From NCBI RefSeq assembly GCF_009914755.1, contig NC_060930.1: DNA of 64,000 nt. One strand, 5' to 3'. The position numbers and the translations under genes were made by a program. Positions 45,501 through 64,000 of this stretch are shown one piece after another. Position 1 is the stretch's first letter, and every line of letters starts with the position of its first letter. Under the pieces are notes generated by a model, which had not been told where the DNA came from, ran no database searches, and was given only the letters and a program-made list of their open reading frames with translations. Source of the stretch: the human T2T-CHM13v2.0 reference genome, Homo sapiens.

Positions 45501-47566
45501 AACTTGAGGAAATATTTCACATCAGATATAATGAATAATTAATATTCTTAAAGTACTGAGTTCTTACAGTTAAAAACTACCAATAGTCGCAAATTTTTAA
45601 AAACAATATTTATTTACATGACAAAATGGTAGTCTCTAGGAAACACAGAGAATAAGAAATATAGAGAATAAGTATTCCTTACCTTCCACATATTTACAAC
45701 CAGTATTCAAAAATAGTTTTAAAAATATGTTTAACCACTCTAAATGTACATTAATATTCTATACACACAAATGTGAAATGATCACATCAAAGTAAAACTA
45801 TTTATTGCTTTATATTTACTTACTACATATTCCAAGCTATACTAAAATGTATTTAAAATGTAATTCTAATTGCCTAAAGAAAGCATACGAGTTTGTATAA
45901 ATAAAATACCATTTTCGTAAAATGAAATTCTAAGATAAATTTGAATTTTGTTTTTTTGAAAAGGATTATAAATAACATTTAGATTATATCATCATTCATG
46001 AGTTCAAAGAAGAAATGAAATCTCCTTTGAATGTCGCACCATTCTGCCCTGATTAGATCAATTTTGGACAATGACAATCGTAATTAATTACTCTTAGCCT
46101 TCAGGATGATGCACAACTCAAAATACGGAAAACTGAAATTCTATAACAAATACAACTGGCTTTACAACATCTGAACAATTTAATACATTTAAAATTACTT
46201 AAATGAAAAGTAAAAGTTAAAGTTATTGACTCAAAATTTTAATCAGCTTGACTATCCTTCTGCATCTAAACATGAATTAAACAATCTTAAAGCTAGAAAT
46301 CTAACCACAGACAGATATAAGTAAAAAAGAGAAGTTTACCAGTTTACTTTTTTCTAATATCTGAGTTGAATTAGTCTCTTCCAAAGTATTTTTTTTTGCA
46401 ATTTTGAATTTACTAGTTATTTTAATGAATGAAGAAATAATAATGGGATATAATGTCTTAAGCAGGAATGAGTAGAATATACAAAAATCTAATCTAAGAA
46501 CGGGAATGAGATATTGGATATTTATTTATGAAAACTGAATAACTAATAAAAATGATCTCAGCAAATATGCTTAATTTAGATATTGTGACAATTTCTTGTG
46601 AAACTTTTGAAGTTAATGTTTTGAGGGAACTTTAAATTCTCTCTCAACCACTTGCAATTTAATTAATTAGCTATCAGGCATCAGTGATATTCAAACTTGC
46701 CTCCAGAATCTCATTTATGAGATTTCACCCTGGATCACATTTTTAGTTTGTCATAAAGGTTGGCACTCTGCACAAAATTGGCAAGGCAAAATATTTATTT
46801 TCCTCTGTATTCACTTAAAAAAAAATACTGTCACATCTGACAGAAACCATAGTAACTTCTCTCTAAAGTTATTCTTTCTCAAGTTTTTTACCCTTTGTGC
46901 TCTTGACAACTTTTCTGCAAATTTCATTGTAACAGAACCAATACAACTAATAAGATTCCTGCTGTAACTTTCCTCACGCCTTCTATTTATTTTTGTCTGT
47001 TTATTAAAATAGTACTTTTTATAAGAGTCGCCCTATGATATTACTGCTTCTTTTAATTACTTTTTGAAAAATAAATACTTTTATTTTTAAGAAGTATGTT
47101 TAATCAAACTCATCTTAAATTTATTTTGCGTACCTTCAAATATGCATTGTTATCTGAGATAATTAATGTTTTAATATGGCCAAACAAAATTTGTGCTTTA
47201 AAGTCCATTATCTCAGCGAACAGAATGGAGTGAAAATAAATTATATTTAAAACCACACACATACATTATGCAGAATTTTCTCCTTTCAGAATTGATATTC
47301 ACAGAAATAAAATGCCACTCTTATTGTTTAGTTGGAAAATACAATTGTTAGAAAATTACATTTCATCTTATGTGTCAATCTCTGCAGAGAAAAGCAAATT
47401 AGCTTTCCCTGGAATGTGAGAAAGCAGCAAAAGCAAAACACTCTAAAATTATAATTTCATATTCTTATATTTTTATCTTTATCTTGCTAAAGAATAAGAA
47501 TATATTCCACTCTTAAAAATTCTTGATTTTGTGGAGGAAACACATTCAGCAATCTTTAGAATGATA

Positions 47567-48823
47567 TAGATAAGTGTCACTTAATTATGAGGATACATTC
47601 TGAGAAATGTATCATTAGGCAATTTTGTTATTGTGTGAACATCACAGAGTGTACTTACAGAAACCTAAATGGGATAGCCTCCTACACACCTAGACTATAT
47701 GCTATAGCCTATTGCTCCTAGGCTACAAACCTGTATGAGGTACTACTGTACTGAATACTGGAGACAACTGTATCACATGGTAAGTATTTCAATATATTTA
47801 AACAGGAAAAGGTATGGTAAAAATACAGTTTAAAAGACTTAAAATGGTACACTGTATAGGGCACTTGCCACAAATAGAATTTGCAGGACTGAAAGTTGCT
47901 CTGGGTGAGTCAGTGAGTGAGTGCTGAGTGAATGTGGAGGCCTAGGATGTTACACTATTGTATACTTCACAAACACTGTACACTTTATAAACAGTGTACA
48001 CTTTATAAACACTGTACACTTAGGCTACACTACATTTACTAAAAATATATTTCATTTTTTCAATGATAAATTAACTCACCATAACATTTTAGGTTTATTT
48101 ACTTTTTATTTACTCTTTGACTTTTCTGTAATAACACTTAGGTTAAAACACAAAAACATTCCACAACCGTAAAAAATATGTTCTTGCTTTATATCCCTAT
48201 TATAGAAGCTTTTTCCTTTATATCCTTACTATATAAGCTTTTTATAAAAATTTTAAAAGATTTATTTTCGTTTGTAGTTTCTAAACTTTCTTGTTAAAAA
48301 CTAAGATACAAACACACATATTAGTCTATGCCTACAAAGTGTCAAGATCATCAATATCACTGCCCTTCACCTCCACATTTTGTCCCACAGAAAGGTCTTC
48401 AGAGGAAATAACACACATGGAGCTGTTATCTCCTATGATAATAATGCCTTCTTCTGGAATACCTCCTGAAAGGCCTACCTGAGGCTGTTTCACAGTTAAA
48501 TCTTTTTTAATAAGTAGAAAGAATACAATCTAAAATAATGATTAAAAACATAGTATAGTAAATACACAAATCAATAACATAATCTTTTATTATAAAGTAG
48601 CACATAATTATATTTGCTTATATTTTTTGTATGACTGGCAGAGCAGTAGGTTTGTTTTCACCATCATCACCACAAGCATGTGACTAATGCATTGCACTAC
48701 TACATTACCATGACTACCACCACTAAGAGATAGGAATTTTCCAGCTCTATTATTATCTTATAGGACCACCTTAGTATATGTGGTCCATCCTTGACTGAAA
48801 CAACTTTACCTGGTGTACAACTG
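47567..48823 (-). mobile_element. Tigger3b (~1.25 kb non-autonomous TcMar element)
   Basis: gatacattctgagaaatg..gcctattgctcctaggctacaaacctg..gggtgagtcagtgagtgag..ggaccacc..tggtccatc.ttgactgaaac..actg|TA. Confidence 0.92.
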
Positions 48824-49445
48824 TACGTATCCAAGATAGCCAAAAAAAAAAAAAAAATCTAATACTAACATTGTAAGAACTGTATAAAATTTAATTTTAA
48901 AATTACATGAATCTTTTAAAATAGAGAATGTACCCTTGTTACTCCTAATACTTAGCTGACTCTCCTTTTTCTAGATGAGAAAAATATCATCACAATTGCA
49001 AATCATCTTAAAAGGAGATTCTCATTCAGTATAATATAATTTCACTTACACCGAATATCACTTTTTATTTCCTTTATTGCATTATCTCACATTGGAAAGG
49101 TTTGAATTGCCACCTGGCAGTGTATTATAATATCATATTTTACATTCACTCTTTATCAGATATCTAACATGGAAATTCAAGTTCATATTTCTTTGCAGAC
49201 AAAACCAATGACAAAAAGTTCTTTAAACAATCAGTTTCTCCAAAGCTATTCTAAATACATTTAATCCTCTGAATCAAATGCATAATATGAATATGTATCA
49301 TGTTCATAAGCAAGTTACATAAAACTAAATTGTTATGCCACTAAAAATATATAGGCCACATATCATGTGTCTACACTTATCTTTTTGAATGCATTGTGTT
49401 TCACCTTTTGAGATATAGTTCACACACTGGATATAAAAATATCCA

Positions 49446-49713
49446 GCCCAGGCTGGAATGCAATGGTGCAATTTTAGGTCATTGCAGCCTTGAACTCCTG
49501 GGCTCAAGTATCCTTTCGAATCAGCCTCCCTAGCAGTTGGGACTACAGGTGCATGCCACCACGCCTGGCTAGTTTTTTCATTTTTTTTATTTTTTGTAGA
49601 GACAGTATCTTACTAAGTTGTCCAGACTTGAAGCAAACTCAGGCCACAAGTGAACCTTTCCCCTTAGACTCCCAAAACACTGGGATTACAAATATGAGCT
49701 GCCATGCCCGGCC
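49446..49713 (-). mobile_element. AluJ lacking its 3' end/tail
   Basis: cccaggctgg..gaactcctgggctcaag..ctgggattaca..atgcccggcc. Confidence 0.88.
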
Positions 49714-51212
49714 TATTAAACTATTCCTTATTTGTTGGTGGTTTTTCTTTTTTGGTTTCTTTGTATTGTGTTGTTCTTTTTTTTCCCCTTTTTTAACTAT
49801 TCTTAACATATCAGAGTTTGTCTACTCAGATTTGCATGACCTCAAACTCATAGGGATTATTTATCTTCATTAGTCATTAATTGCTAACAATGAAATCTAA
49901 ATTGGTGAGGGCAGAAAAGGATACGCAGATAAATTTTGTTCCATCATTTAGATACATTTTTATGTTTATATTTTCCTATTATGATACTTTTAGGTTTCTG
50001 GAGCTGCAGAACCTTTGTCAAAAGGTGCATTTTTTCATTGCAAATATTCTAACCTATGTGCCATAACTACAGGGGAACATCCTATATATAAAGCAAATTA
50101 TTCTATTCAAATTTGACACATGTCCTCTGTCTCTGACAATATTTCAAAGTCTTCCTAACTGTACTTTATTTAAAACTTCTATAACTTTTCTAGTTTTATT
50201 AACGGATTAATTTTCACAGGATGATATGATGCTTGCAATATTCAGCTTCCTTATGATCAAAGCCAATTCTAATTCTGCTATTTACTCACAAGCATACTAA
50301 TTACTTTTTAAAATATCGTGTTTATAATGATCAAAATATCTCTCTGTGTAACTGATTCTTTTTCCTAGCAAAAAGCTCATTAGCAGTCATAGGACTCAAT
50401 AATGTTAATATTCCCAGGATGAATGATACAAAAGATTCATTATCTTTATGCCACACTGGAATCATTGAACTGAATCATTTTATACGATTACAATTATCTT
50501 TCAGGCAATGTACTCATATAAATTTAACTAAATGCTTAAATGGCCTGTTGACCCAAAGGGCACTATTAGTTTTGGCTTGATAATTTAATAAATTAATGCC
50601 CAGGAAATAATACATACTTTTTATTCCACACTTTTCTCTTTTATTTTTTGAATCAAATAACCGTGTGGGTATAATTAGAATATTGAAAAAAAAAAAGCTT
50701 CCTTTCTTCTTGGCTACCCTTCCTTGGTATATGCATGTCTTCTTCACTGATTATGATGAAGAATTGAGAGAATTCAACCTACATAAGTTCATTTTCTGTA
50801 TAATCGCAATTTAAAACTTTAAGCAGCATGCTTCCAACCAGTTTTGGTGAAACTCTAAGAACATAAATAAATTATTTGAAAAGTCAGTATAAAGTATACC
50901 TTCAGTATGAATATAATATGGGTATATAAGAAAGACTATTTCTTGTTTTCTCATGAAATCCTAATTTTCTTAGTTTTATGTTTAGTTTTCTTTTTATAGA
51001 TAAATTCCTTAAAGCCCTAAGTCATGACAAGCAGAAAAAGACTGAAAAGATTTCGAATTAAAATTATTTTATTGTAAAAATTATATTGATTGATCAGAGA
51101 CAGTTAAATATTATATTTACAAATTCCAATCTGTTTAAATGTCCTATTAGTACACATAAAGTTGTAATAGTATGGCATTTGCGATTTATCGCAAGATTTC
51201 TATACCTTTACA

Positions 51213-51391
51213 GTACAGTTCTCTGACATTGGCTGCACACAGCAATTTCCCATAGAGCTTTAAAAAATACTAATAAAAGGGCCTCAAACCCACTACTTCT
51301 GGCTTAATTGGCCTAGGATGTTGCCTCATCATCAGGATCGTTAAAAGATCCCCAAGAAGTTCTATTCTTGAGCCAAGCTTAGGAAACATTG
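51213..51391. mobile_element. MER5-family MITE
   Basis: gttctc..ttggctgcac..gagctttaaaaaatact..ttaattgg..ccca..ttct..agccaag..gaaacattg. Confidence 0.7.
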
Positions 51392-51701
51392 CTCAAAAGG
51401 TATATCAACAGAAGAATAAAGTCTAAAGTGCAAAGTAGACATTTGCTTTAAACTTGTCACATTTCTCAAAATTTATCTAGTAATATAGAAAACATTATTT
51501 GCATATATAAGCCATTTAAAATGGCCCTAACAATACTTATTATCTTAACAATTTCACTAGCAAAGTCCAAAAGAACACTCATAATGGTATAAAAATATAT
51601 TAAATTATTTAGACATAGCCAGCATTTTAGACAGCTAACAGGATGTTAAAACAATTAATATAACGGTGCTTGGATTGGCATGTGTCTTTGAATGTAAACC
51701 C

Positions 51702-51775
51702 TGTATATATATGTATATATATGATATATATGTGTATATGTATATATCATATATATTTATTATGTATGACATATA
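51702..51775. repeat. (TA)n/(TG)n low-complexity tract
   Basis: Direct inspection. Confidence 0.85.
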
Positions 51776-54700
51776 ATCCTGGGTATTACTATTTTAATCA
51801 AAAGATAATTCAGAGCTCATGAAATATGATGAATTGAACTTCCTTGATACTGATTCGGATTGTTGTTTGGTCCATCTATCTGATTACTGCTTAAAGAAAA
51901 ACACAGGTACTAAATTTACCATGAACTGATTAAATTAGGTGATACTAAATTTATTATGCACTGACTAAACTAATTCTTGCAAGCTATAAACTAAATTGTA
52001 TTTATTAACTGCATTATGGAATAGAAATATTCTCATGAACAAATTCCTAACCCTCTGGAAAAATAATACTTTATTTTAAATATTTCTATTGCTGAGTTAA
52101 CTAAGCAACAACTAAACATTCTACAATATGAAATGTTAATATCATTTAATTAAAATACATTGTGGATATTGGTATTACATAATCACTCATTCTATAGTAT
52201 TAATCATAGAAGTTTTCTTTTCATATATTTTATAGAATGTTATTAATCTTTATTCTGGTATGTTATTTATTATAACTTAAAAAAGCAAGTGATTAAATTT
52301 AAATTAAGATAGTTTATATTAGTTGATTGGGAAAAAATAGAATTGCTCATCATATTTTCCCTCCTTTTAAGTATTTTGTTTTTTTTACTTATTTTACTTT
52401 TTCTGGTTAGAATTTCATCAATTTTATCAAAAATATGAAGGCTGTTTAGGTATGAATTTTTCTTGAGCATTACTGTGTAAACAAGATAAATATATAAAGA
52501 AAATAACAATCTTAAAACTTAAATTAACTTTTTTCTAACCACCCCAGAAGTCTCTGTAAATGAAACAGCTACAGAGGCATCTCAGTTTATAGATGGTTTT
52601 TGCTTCAACTATTTCCATTGCACAGATATACACGTCTGTCTTATAACTTTAATTTTCTTGTCTTTCTTATGAATATAACAGTACATGCAAAATCACATTA
52701 TTTAGTGTTGGAGAAATCAATATATTAAATTAGAGGTGTCTGGAATACAATAGATGTTCAGAATATTGGTATATTTGTTGACTAAATTAATTTTATTATT
52801 TAATACGGTGGTGATTTCTCCATGGATAAGGTGAGAGACCTAGTTGAATCCTTTCTATGAATATTCTTCAAGCAATCTTGTCAATAATTCACTGTTCATC
52901 ATAGTAATTATGAACATAAAAAGGAAAAACATCTGCAGTGTGGGAAATCTGAATTTGAAGTATAATTTTCAGTCTGGTACACTGGGTAAGATCATTTTTA
53001 AGTGGAAAAGAAAGAAAGAAATGAACCCTGAAATATTCTGTGTGTGAGCATTAGCAGCAATTCAAATACATGATCTGATTGCCAGCCAAACAGAATTTAT
53101 TTAAATATGTACACAAGTAAATGGGTTTACATGATTTAGGGTAGTTTTTACAGGTACTAAAAGTTAGCAGATAACTTTGTCTTGAATGTAAGCCATGTGT
53201 ACAACAGAATGTAAGGATCCAGGCAATTCGTTTAACTGAGTATTGACTTTTTTCAATTATGATGAATTATGATAAAGTGATTAAAAACACACTACCTCGG
53301 TCTTCACATAATATATGTTTTCATTTGTAATATGATTTCCTACTTTGATAACTTCAAACCTAATTTTTTTATGTTTTTCATATGGATGGTTTATGGTTAT
53401 TAGGTAAAAATATTTATTTAGATTATGAAATAAAAGAGCCTAAATTAATAAAGTTGGAAACTTTTGCATACTTTTCTTAAACAACTGAAAAAGAAGCAAT
53501 TTAGTTACTACAGGCAACATGGTGTCCATGATTAGTACAAAATTTAATTATTCACAAAGTGCCAGGCACATGGGATATACAATACGACGTGTCTTTAAAT
53601 TTCACTTATTTCATTTTCCATTATCTTTAGGTTTATATTATTTCACAGATAATAACTACAAATTTCATAACTAAATCTGAAATCTATACAAATGCACATT
53701 ATGAGTGTTTTTGGAGATATGGACCCCCAAACAGATGGTGAGATGCTGAAAATTTAGACTACCATATAAAAATTACTCTTGCTACACTGTACTTCACCAA
53801 AATACACAGGACTAGTTAACAATTACACCCTAATTAAAGAATCTTGTTGTCTGGGGTCAAAGCTTTAATTCATTTAATGTCCGTATATTTGGTAAAAATG
53901 GTAATATGTATGGATATCTCCAGAAAAGTTCACCACCTAGCAATATCTATGCCTGTGAAAGGATCCAGAATATCTTGCATTAAAAAATTATATATATGTT
54001 GGATGTAGTCCAATGAATGTCATGACTCAGAAGAAAGTACAATAAACCATGTTCCCCATAGATGACCAGTTGTCTCCACAAAATGTACATTTGTTATAAA
54101 ATGCATAAAAATGAACTAGGTGTACTTAAAATGGATCTACATAGGTTTAATCTACTTGGCAAGAAAAACATTTATATTATTAGATAGAGAAAGTGGTTGC
54201 ATCAATTACAGCAAATAAATGACAGTATTTGTTTTTTATTTGTCATTATTCTTAAATCCTCTAGAGGCAAAATGGTTAATGAAATACTTCTCAGCCTGCA
54301 TTTATATGCCAGCCTTTTAAATAAAATCTGTAAATATTCAAATACAATCTATGCATATTCTGTAGTAATCTTTAAAGATTATCAATAAAGATTATAGACA
54401 TAAACACATACATGCATGTTTGTGTGTGCATGTATACACACTACAAAGGCTAGTCCTTGCAAAAGATGAGAGGTATGTTCTCATTGTTCATTATCTATTC
54501 AAAACCACTAGCTTACTGCTACACTGTGCAGAATCAAACAAAACTTTCTAGAACATACCAAAAGGCGAAATTCAATCATCGTGTTTGCTATTTCAAAAAT
54601 ATGAAAAATGTTGCTTAGTAACTTGTCTGCAAGAAGGTTAATTGAATTCGAATAATTATTTTAAAATACTTTGCAAATTACTTTGTCCTTTCATTTTTAA

Positions 54701-54889
54701 TTTTACATCTACATTACTATTGATCAATACCTTGCTTGAGACAAAGTTTAGGGTACTTTGCAGTTTTCATCTTTTGAACAAGACTGGCAAGTAGTGGGTA
54801 TTAAATGAGCATTGGCCAATTTAAATGAATACTCTGAGGAAAATAATTCATCCCAGTTATCCGAATATTCAAAACCGAGTTCATTTTAT

Positions 54890-54965
54890 TTATTTATATA
54901 TATATATATGTGTGTGTATATATAAATATATATATTTAGTACATATATATGTACTCTATATATTA
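54890..54965. repeat. (TA)n/(TG)n low-complexity tract
   Basis: Direct inspection. Confidence 0.85.
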
Positions 54966-55160
54966 TCTATGTAGACACAAAGCTAAATGATGTTTACTGT
55001 GCCACATTTTTACTGTCTTTTGGATAATATGATTTTTAATTTTTTAAATATTATGTTTTCTTGAGACCAGATATATATATTTGATTTTTAAAGTATGTTT
55101 TCCCCCAGGGCATCTACACGAATACTTCTCAGATATGGTTACTTAGCAAAAAAAGTTCTC

Positions 55161-55528
<368 letters not shown>

Positions 55529-56011
55529 TCAAGAGTTAGAAGAACATGTTAATGCATTAGCATCAAGCATTAAACATTTACTCTTACAGTTTTTCAGTTT
55601 TAAGTAATTAATTTTATTAAATTATATATTTTAGTATAATGGAAGGCTGATATCCAATTTTTAAAGCCAGCTTTTATTCCACATGTTTTACTCATTTATT
55701 CTGATGTAATGACATTTTTCTAGTGTTAATAGTCATATAAAATGTTTCTGCTCTGTGAGTTTCTTCACTAATTCTTGTGTTTAAGTTTTCTGAGTTTGTT
55801 TTAATTCACTCAAAATTATTTGTTCACTCTCTAGAAATTCATTACTCTTGCAAATAATCAAATCACTGTTTAAGACAATTAATGTGTTAATCAACCTTGT
55901 TTGCTTCAAACAACAAACCCACAAGTTAGACCAATTTTAAGACTAATTTTATTGAACCAGAGAATTTAATATGGCATTATTTTCCTATATGTTTTAAGAA
56001 GTAAATCTTTA

Positions 56012-56304
<293 letters not shown>

Positions 56305-56916
56305 AAAAAGTAAGCCTTTATTTTCTAATAAAACGAAGAAAAAATAAATACGTATATATCTTAGTTCAATATTTTTAATTCAATTGGTGACTGATCACTA
56401 TGACTAACTAATACATTGAAGCTTTTAAAAATGTTATTATTTCCCTGGCTTATTTATACGAATTAAGTATTGAATATGTGTATAAACATTAAAACAAATA
56501 AAAATTAAACATCATATGCAGTTACAACAAATGATTTCTAACATTAGGACATGGATTTTTATGGAAAGGGAGAAATATTTTTTATACTTTCTTTGATCTT
56601 CAGTTCAGGTGATTTTAAATAATTTAATGTCCTTGTTTCTGCAGATATTCATTAAACATCAAGAGTGTTAGAAACCTATGTATAACTAAGAAATGTTGAC
56701 CTGGAGAAAAAAAATATTGTTTCACCTCTTATCTATATTTGATATTAATTCAGCAGGTTGACAATATAACAAGAGCCTGTGAACGAAGCTATTGATTTAC
56801 TTATGAGGGACTTAAAATATCTAGTTTACTAGTGACAGTCAGAATGCAAATTAATAGAGAAAAAGAAACTCACTTGTTACGACTTCAAAAACTATTCTAT
56901 CATTCTATCACATATC

Positions 56917-57022
56917 TATTGGTAAATGTTTAATGATACCTGAATTAAAATTACATAAAATTAGCAAGGTATATTGATAAATGTTTAATGAGACCTGAAT
57001 TAAAATTATATAAAATTAGCAA
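56917..57022. repeat. 55-bp-period tandem duplication
   Basis: tattg.taaatgtttaatga.acctgaattaaaatta.ataaaattagcaa at 56917 and 56972. Confidence 0.9.
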
Positions 57023-57054
57023 AATAAGTTCATATGGTATTATTTATAATATAT

Positions 57055-61297
<4,243 letters not shown>

Positions 61298-62254
61298 AAT
61301 TTTTATTTTTAAATGTTTCCTTGATGTGTCTCTTTTACTGAGTTCTAATATGATGAATCACCAAATACAGATAATCATAGCATTCAATGAAGAGAAGTTA
61401 AGTGAGTTAATTAACAGGTGTTTATAAAGCTGTGGTGTTATGCTTTCACTAATCTTTCCTTGTGGCAAATATTGTGGCACATTATAGAAAAAATAATAAA
61501 ACTAAACAAAACTAAAAATAAGCAGTTCCCAAGTCTCCAAGCACAAGACAGAGATGTCTATAAATTTAACTGAACAACTTTTCCAGTTTATGTCAGCAAT
61601 AAAGGGATATCTAAATGGAGACCAGAATGAGACAGAATCGTTTGTCCTTCTCAGCTGATTCTCTCTGGGGCTCACTCTTCTCCCCAGTTGGTTAATCCAT
61701 TGTTTTCTTCACACAGGTTAGACACAGAGGAGAACCTTTGGAGATGAGAAATTTGAACTTTATATTTTTCTTATTTCTACAGGCTACACTGAAAACAGTT
61801 GCTCTGTATCAGGTTAGCCATAAGTTAGAGCACCAACTTAAATTACCTTGAAATACATCAACTTTTTATAAATTTTCTGATTTAGAGATTTCAAAATTAC
61901 TTCTGCTATTAATCAAATTTTCCTTAGACATGTTTTCCATTATTATTGTAATATTATTATTATTAAAATAATAGTAGTAGCTACATTCTTTTACACATTA
62001 TTCAATTATGGTAAGTAATTTGCATATTTTTTCTTATTTAAGATCTATACAACAGTTTTATGGGATGGTGGTGTTAAAATTATTTTTCCTTGGAATAATA
62101 AGAATAAATATTTGGGATACCTGGTTTGGATTACTGCATTGGAGAAAAACGTACTTCAAAGCAGACTATCATTGTTAAGATTGTTGCATTTCTTGAGTTA
62201 ATCAAGAGTAAGACCACATTTTTAATGAATATCTCTTACTATATAGGAATAATC

Positions 62255-62559
62255 TTTCTTTTTTTTTTTTTTCTGGTTTTGAAACAGTATCTCTCTGTCA
62301 CCCAGGCAGGAGTGCAGTGGGGCAGCTACAGCTCATTGCAGCTTCAACCTCTCGGGTCCGGTGGTCCTCCCAACATCACCCTCCCAAGTAGCTGGAACTA
62401 TAAGCATGCACAACACCACCCGACTAATTTTCAAATTATTCGTACAGCTGAGATCTGTCTATGTTGCCCAGGCTGGTCTCAAAATCCTGGGCTCATGTGA
62501 TTCTCCCACTTCAGACTCCCAAAGTACTGAGATTGTAGGCCTGGGCCTCCAAGCTTGGT
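62255..62559 (-). mobile_element. Diverged AluJ
   Basis: poly(T)..ctgtcacccaggcaggagtgcagtgg..tatgttgcccaggctggtctc..cctgggctca. Confidence 0.9.
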
Positions 62560-63499
62560 GATTCTCCTTTTTAATACCTTAATTTGAGATATGGCCAGGC
62601 AAACAGTAGACCTTACTTCTAATTACAGAATTGGGAGGAAAGAAAGAGTCTGAGCTCTGGGCACACAAGCTGATGCAGTTGATGGACAATGTCCTGCTGG
62701 ATAACCTCCAAAGACTTGGTTGTAATTTTCTCAATCTCCATTTTTCATAGGAACCTAGTAGAAAGCAGGGGACAGCGAAGTCATCATCCAGGAGGAACTA
62801 ACATGAAAAACATTTTGCATATATATTATTATTTTAAAATCATTTGCCTTAATTTTTAAACTGCTTATATAAAATGAATGTTTATCCCTTGAAATGAACT
62901 ACATTAAAATTTAATGCAGATATTTCAGGTGGCTTCAGCTCAAAATAATTTGGGTAATTTTTAACAGTTGTTTATAATAAGTAAATTTATCTTTAAAGGA
63001 CAGCTGAGATAAATAATTTTTATGAATTTACACTTACAAATTTTTAGTATAGTGTTGTGCCTAGGGGAAAGTTTAATACATAATAGGTATTCAGTAAAAA
63101 CTTTTTGAAAAAAAAATTGAAGCGATAATAGGTTAGCCTGGATTTGCCATTTAATCAGTTCAGTTCAGAGTCTTGAGTATGTACATATGAATCATTGTTA
63201 AATAAACATGGAATTATTTTGTGAATTAAAACTAATGTATGTACATTTCTTAGATGATGTCTAACATGCAGTAGACGTCCAATGAGTCACAAATGGTGCA
63301 TAGTGTTTACTTTTGGAATAAAGTGAGACAGAAGACAATTGGTATTTTCTCTGTCTCTCTTGTATAACCTAGCATAACTCACCTTTCTTGAACATAGGCT
63401 CATGTTGAGTGGGAAGCAAGGGAGTAATCACATGGAAGAATGTTCTGCTTTCAGGAATTAATGCATCCTATTCCTAAATAATTAACTACAGGTAAGTAT

Positions 63500-63540
63500 A
63501 TGATAGATGGATGGATAGATAGATAGGCAGACAGGCAGAT
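63500..63540. repeat. (GGAT)n/(GATA)n/(GGCA)n tetranucleotide tract
   Basis: Direct inspection. Confidence 0.8.
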
Positions 63541-63774
63541 ATTCTCAAACAGCAATTAAAGTAAACATTACAACTTAATTCAATATCTCATATTACAGTT
63601 CAAGAATCTGAGAAAATATTTTCTAAAATAATGATATTAGGCATAGAAGAGACACACTTAGTGGCTATATAGAAATCTCAAACTTATACAAAAGCAATAA
63701 AAGTTCCCCTGATAGATATCAGTATGGGAATGTTATGTTTACATTAAACCCTGTATTTTAAAATGACTTAGTAT

Positions 63775-63974
63775 TGGGGTTGGCAGTTTTGCCCCCTTAA
63801 TCTTCAATCCCTTGATATTGCACCTATGAATATGTCAGCTTACATGCTAAAAGAAACTTTGCAGAGGTGATGAAGGGTATGATGAGGAGACTATCCTGGA
63901 TTAGACAGTTTCAGTCTAATCACTCTAGTCCTTAAAGGAGGAGAGCCTTTTTTCAGCTGAATTCAGAAAGATGC
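63775..63974 (+). mobile_element. MLT1D/E-like LTR, 5' part
   Basis: cctatgaatatgt..ttacatg..aaaagaaactttgcagaggtgat..gagactatcctggatta..taatcac..gtccttaaa. Confidence 0.75.
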
Positions 63975-64000
63975 TGTGATGGTTAATATTGAGTGTCAGC
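63975..64000 (+). mobile_element. Start of MLT2A (ERVL) LTR, runs off the window
   Basis: tgtgatggttaatattgagtgtca matches the MLT2A 5' terminus. Confidence 0.75.

Noticed and set aside
63345-63497. Plus-strand exon ending in perfect CAG|GTAAGT
   Set aside because: Two alternative acceptors, no convincing reading frame, and one such 9-mer is expected by chance

Overview
Very AT-rich, CpG-poor primate (human-like, catarrhine/hominoid) genomic DNA; intergenic or deep intronic. I find no recognisable host protein-coding exon, RNA gene, CpG island or prokaryotic system. All long ORFs in the track are decayed LINE-1 ORF2 fragments or chance ORFs in Alu/LTR/AT-rich DNA. The window is a layered transposable-element record: three young L1PA copies, a near-full-span L1MA with two internal deletions, about ten Alus, a dense block of solo LTRs at 3.5-11.1 kb (MER50, MST, MER39-like, LTR8A with a nested HERV-H LTR7, MER34), THE1D/MLT1/MLT2 LTRs, DNA-transposon MITEs (Tigger3, MER2B/MER8, MADE1, MER5, MER20, MER103) and old MIR/L2 remnants. 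The best non-obvious result is the L1PA4/5 insertion at 34053-35168, which combines a twin-priming 5' inversion with a ~166-bp 3' transduction of MIR-containing flank and a second poly(A), all inside one target-site duplication (TSD). Subfamily names come from my recall of consensus sequences, not from a search. I see no evidence for a wholly new biological system.
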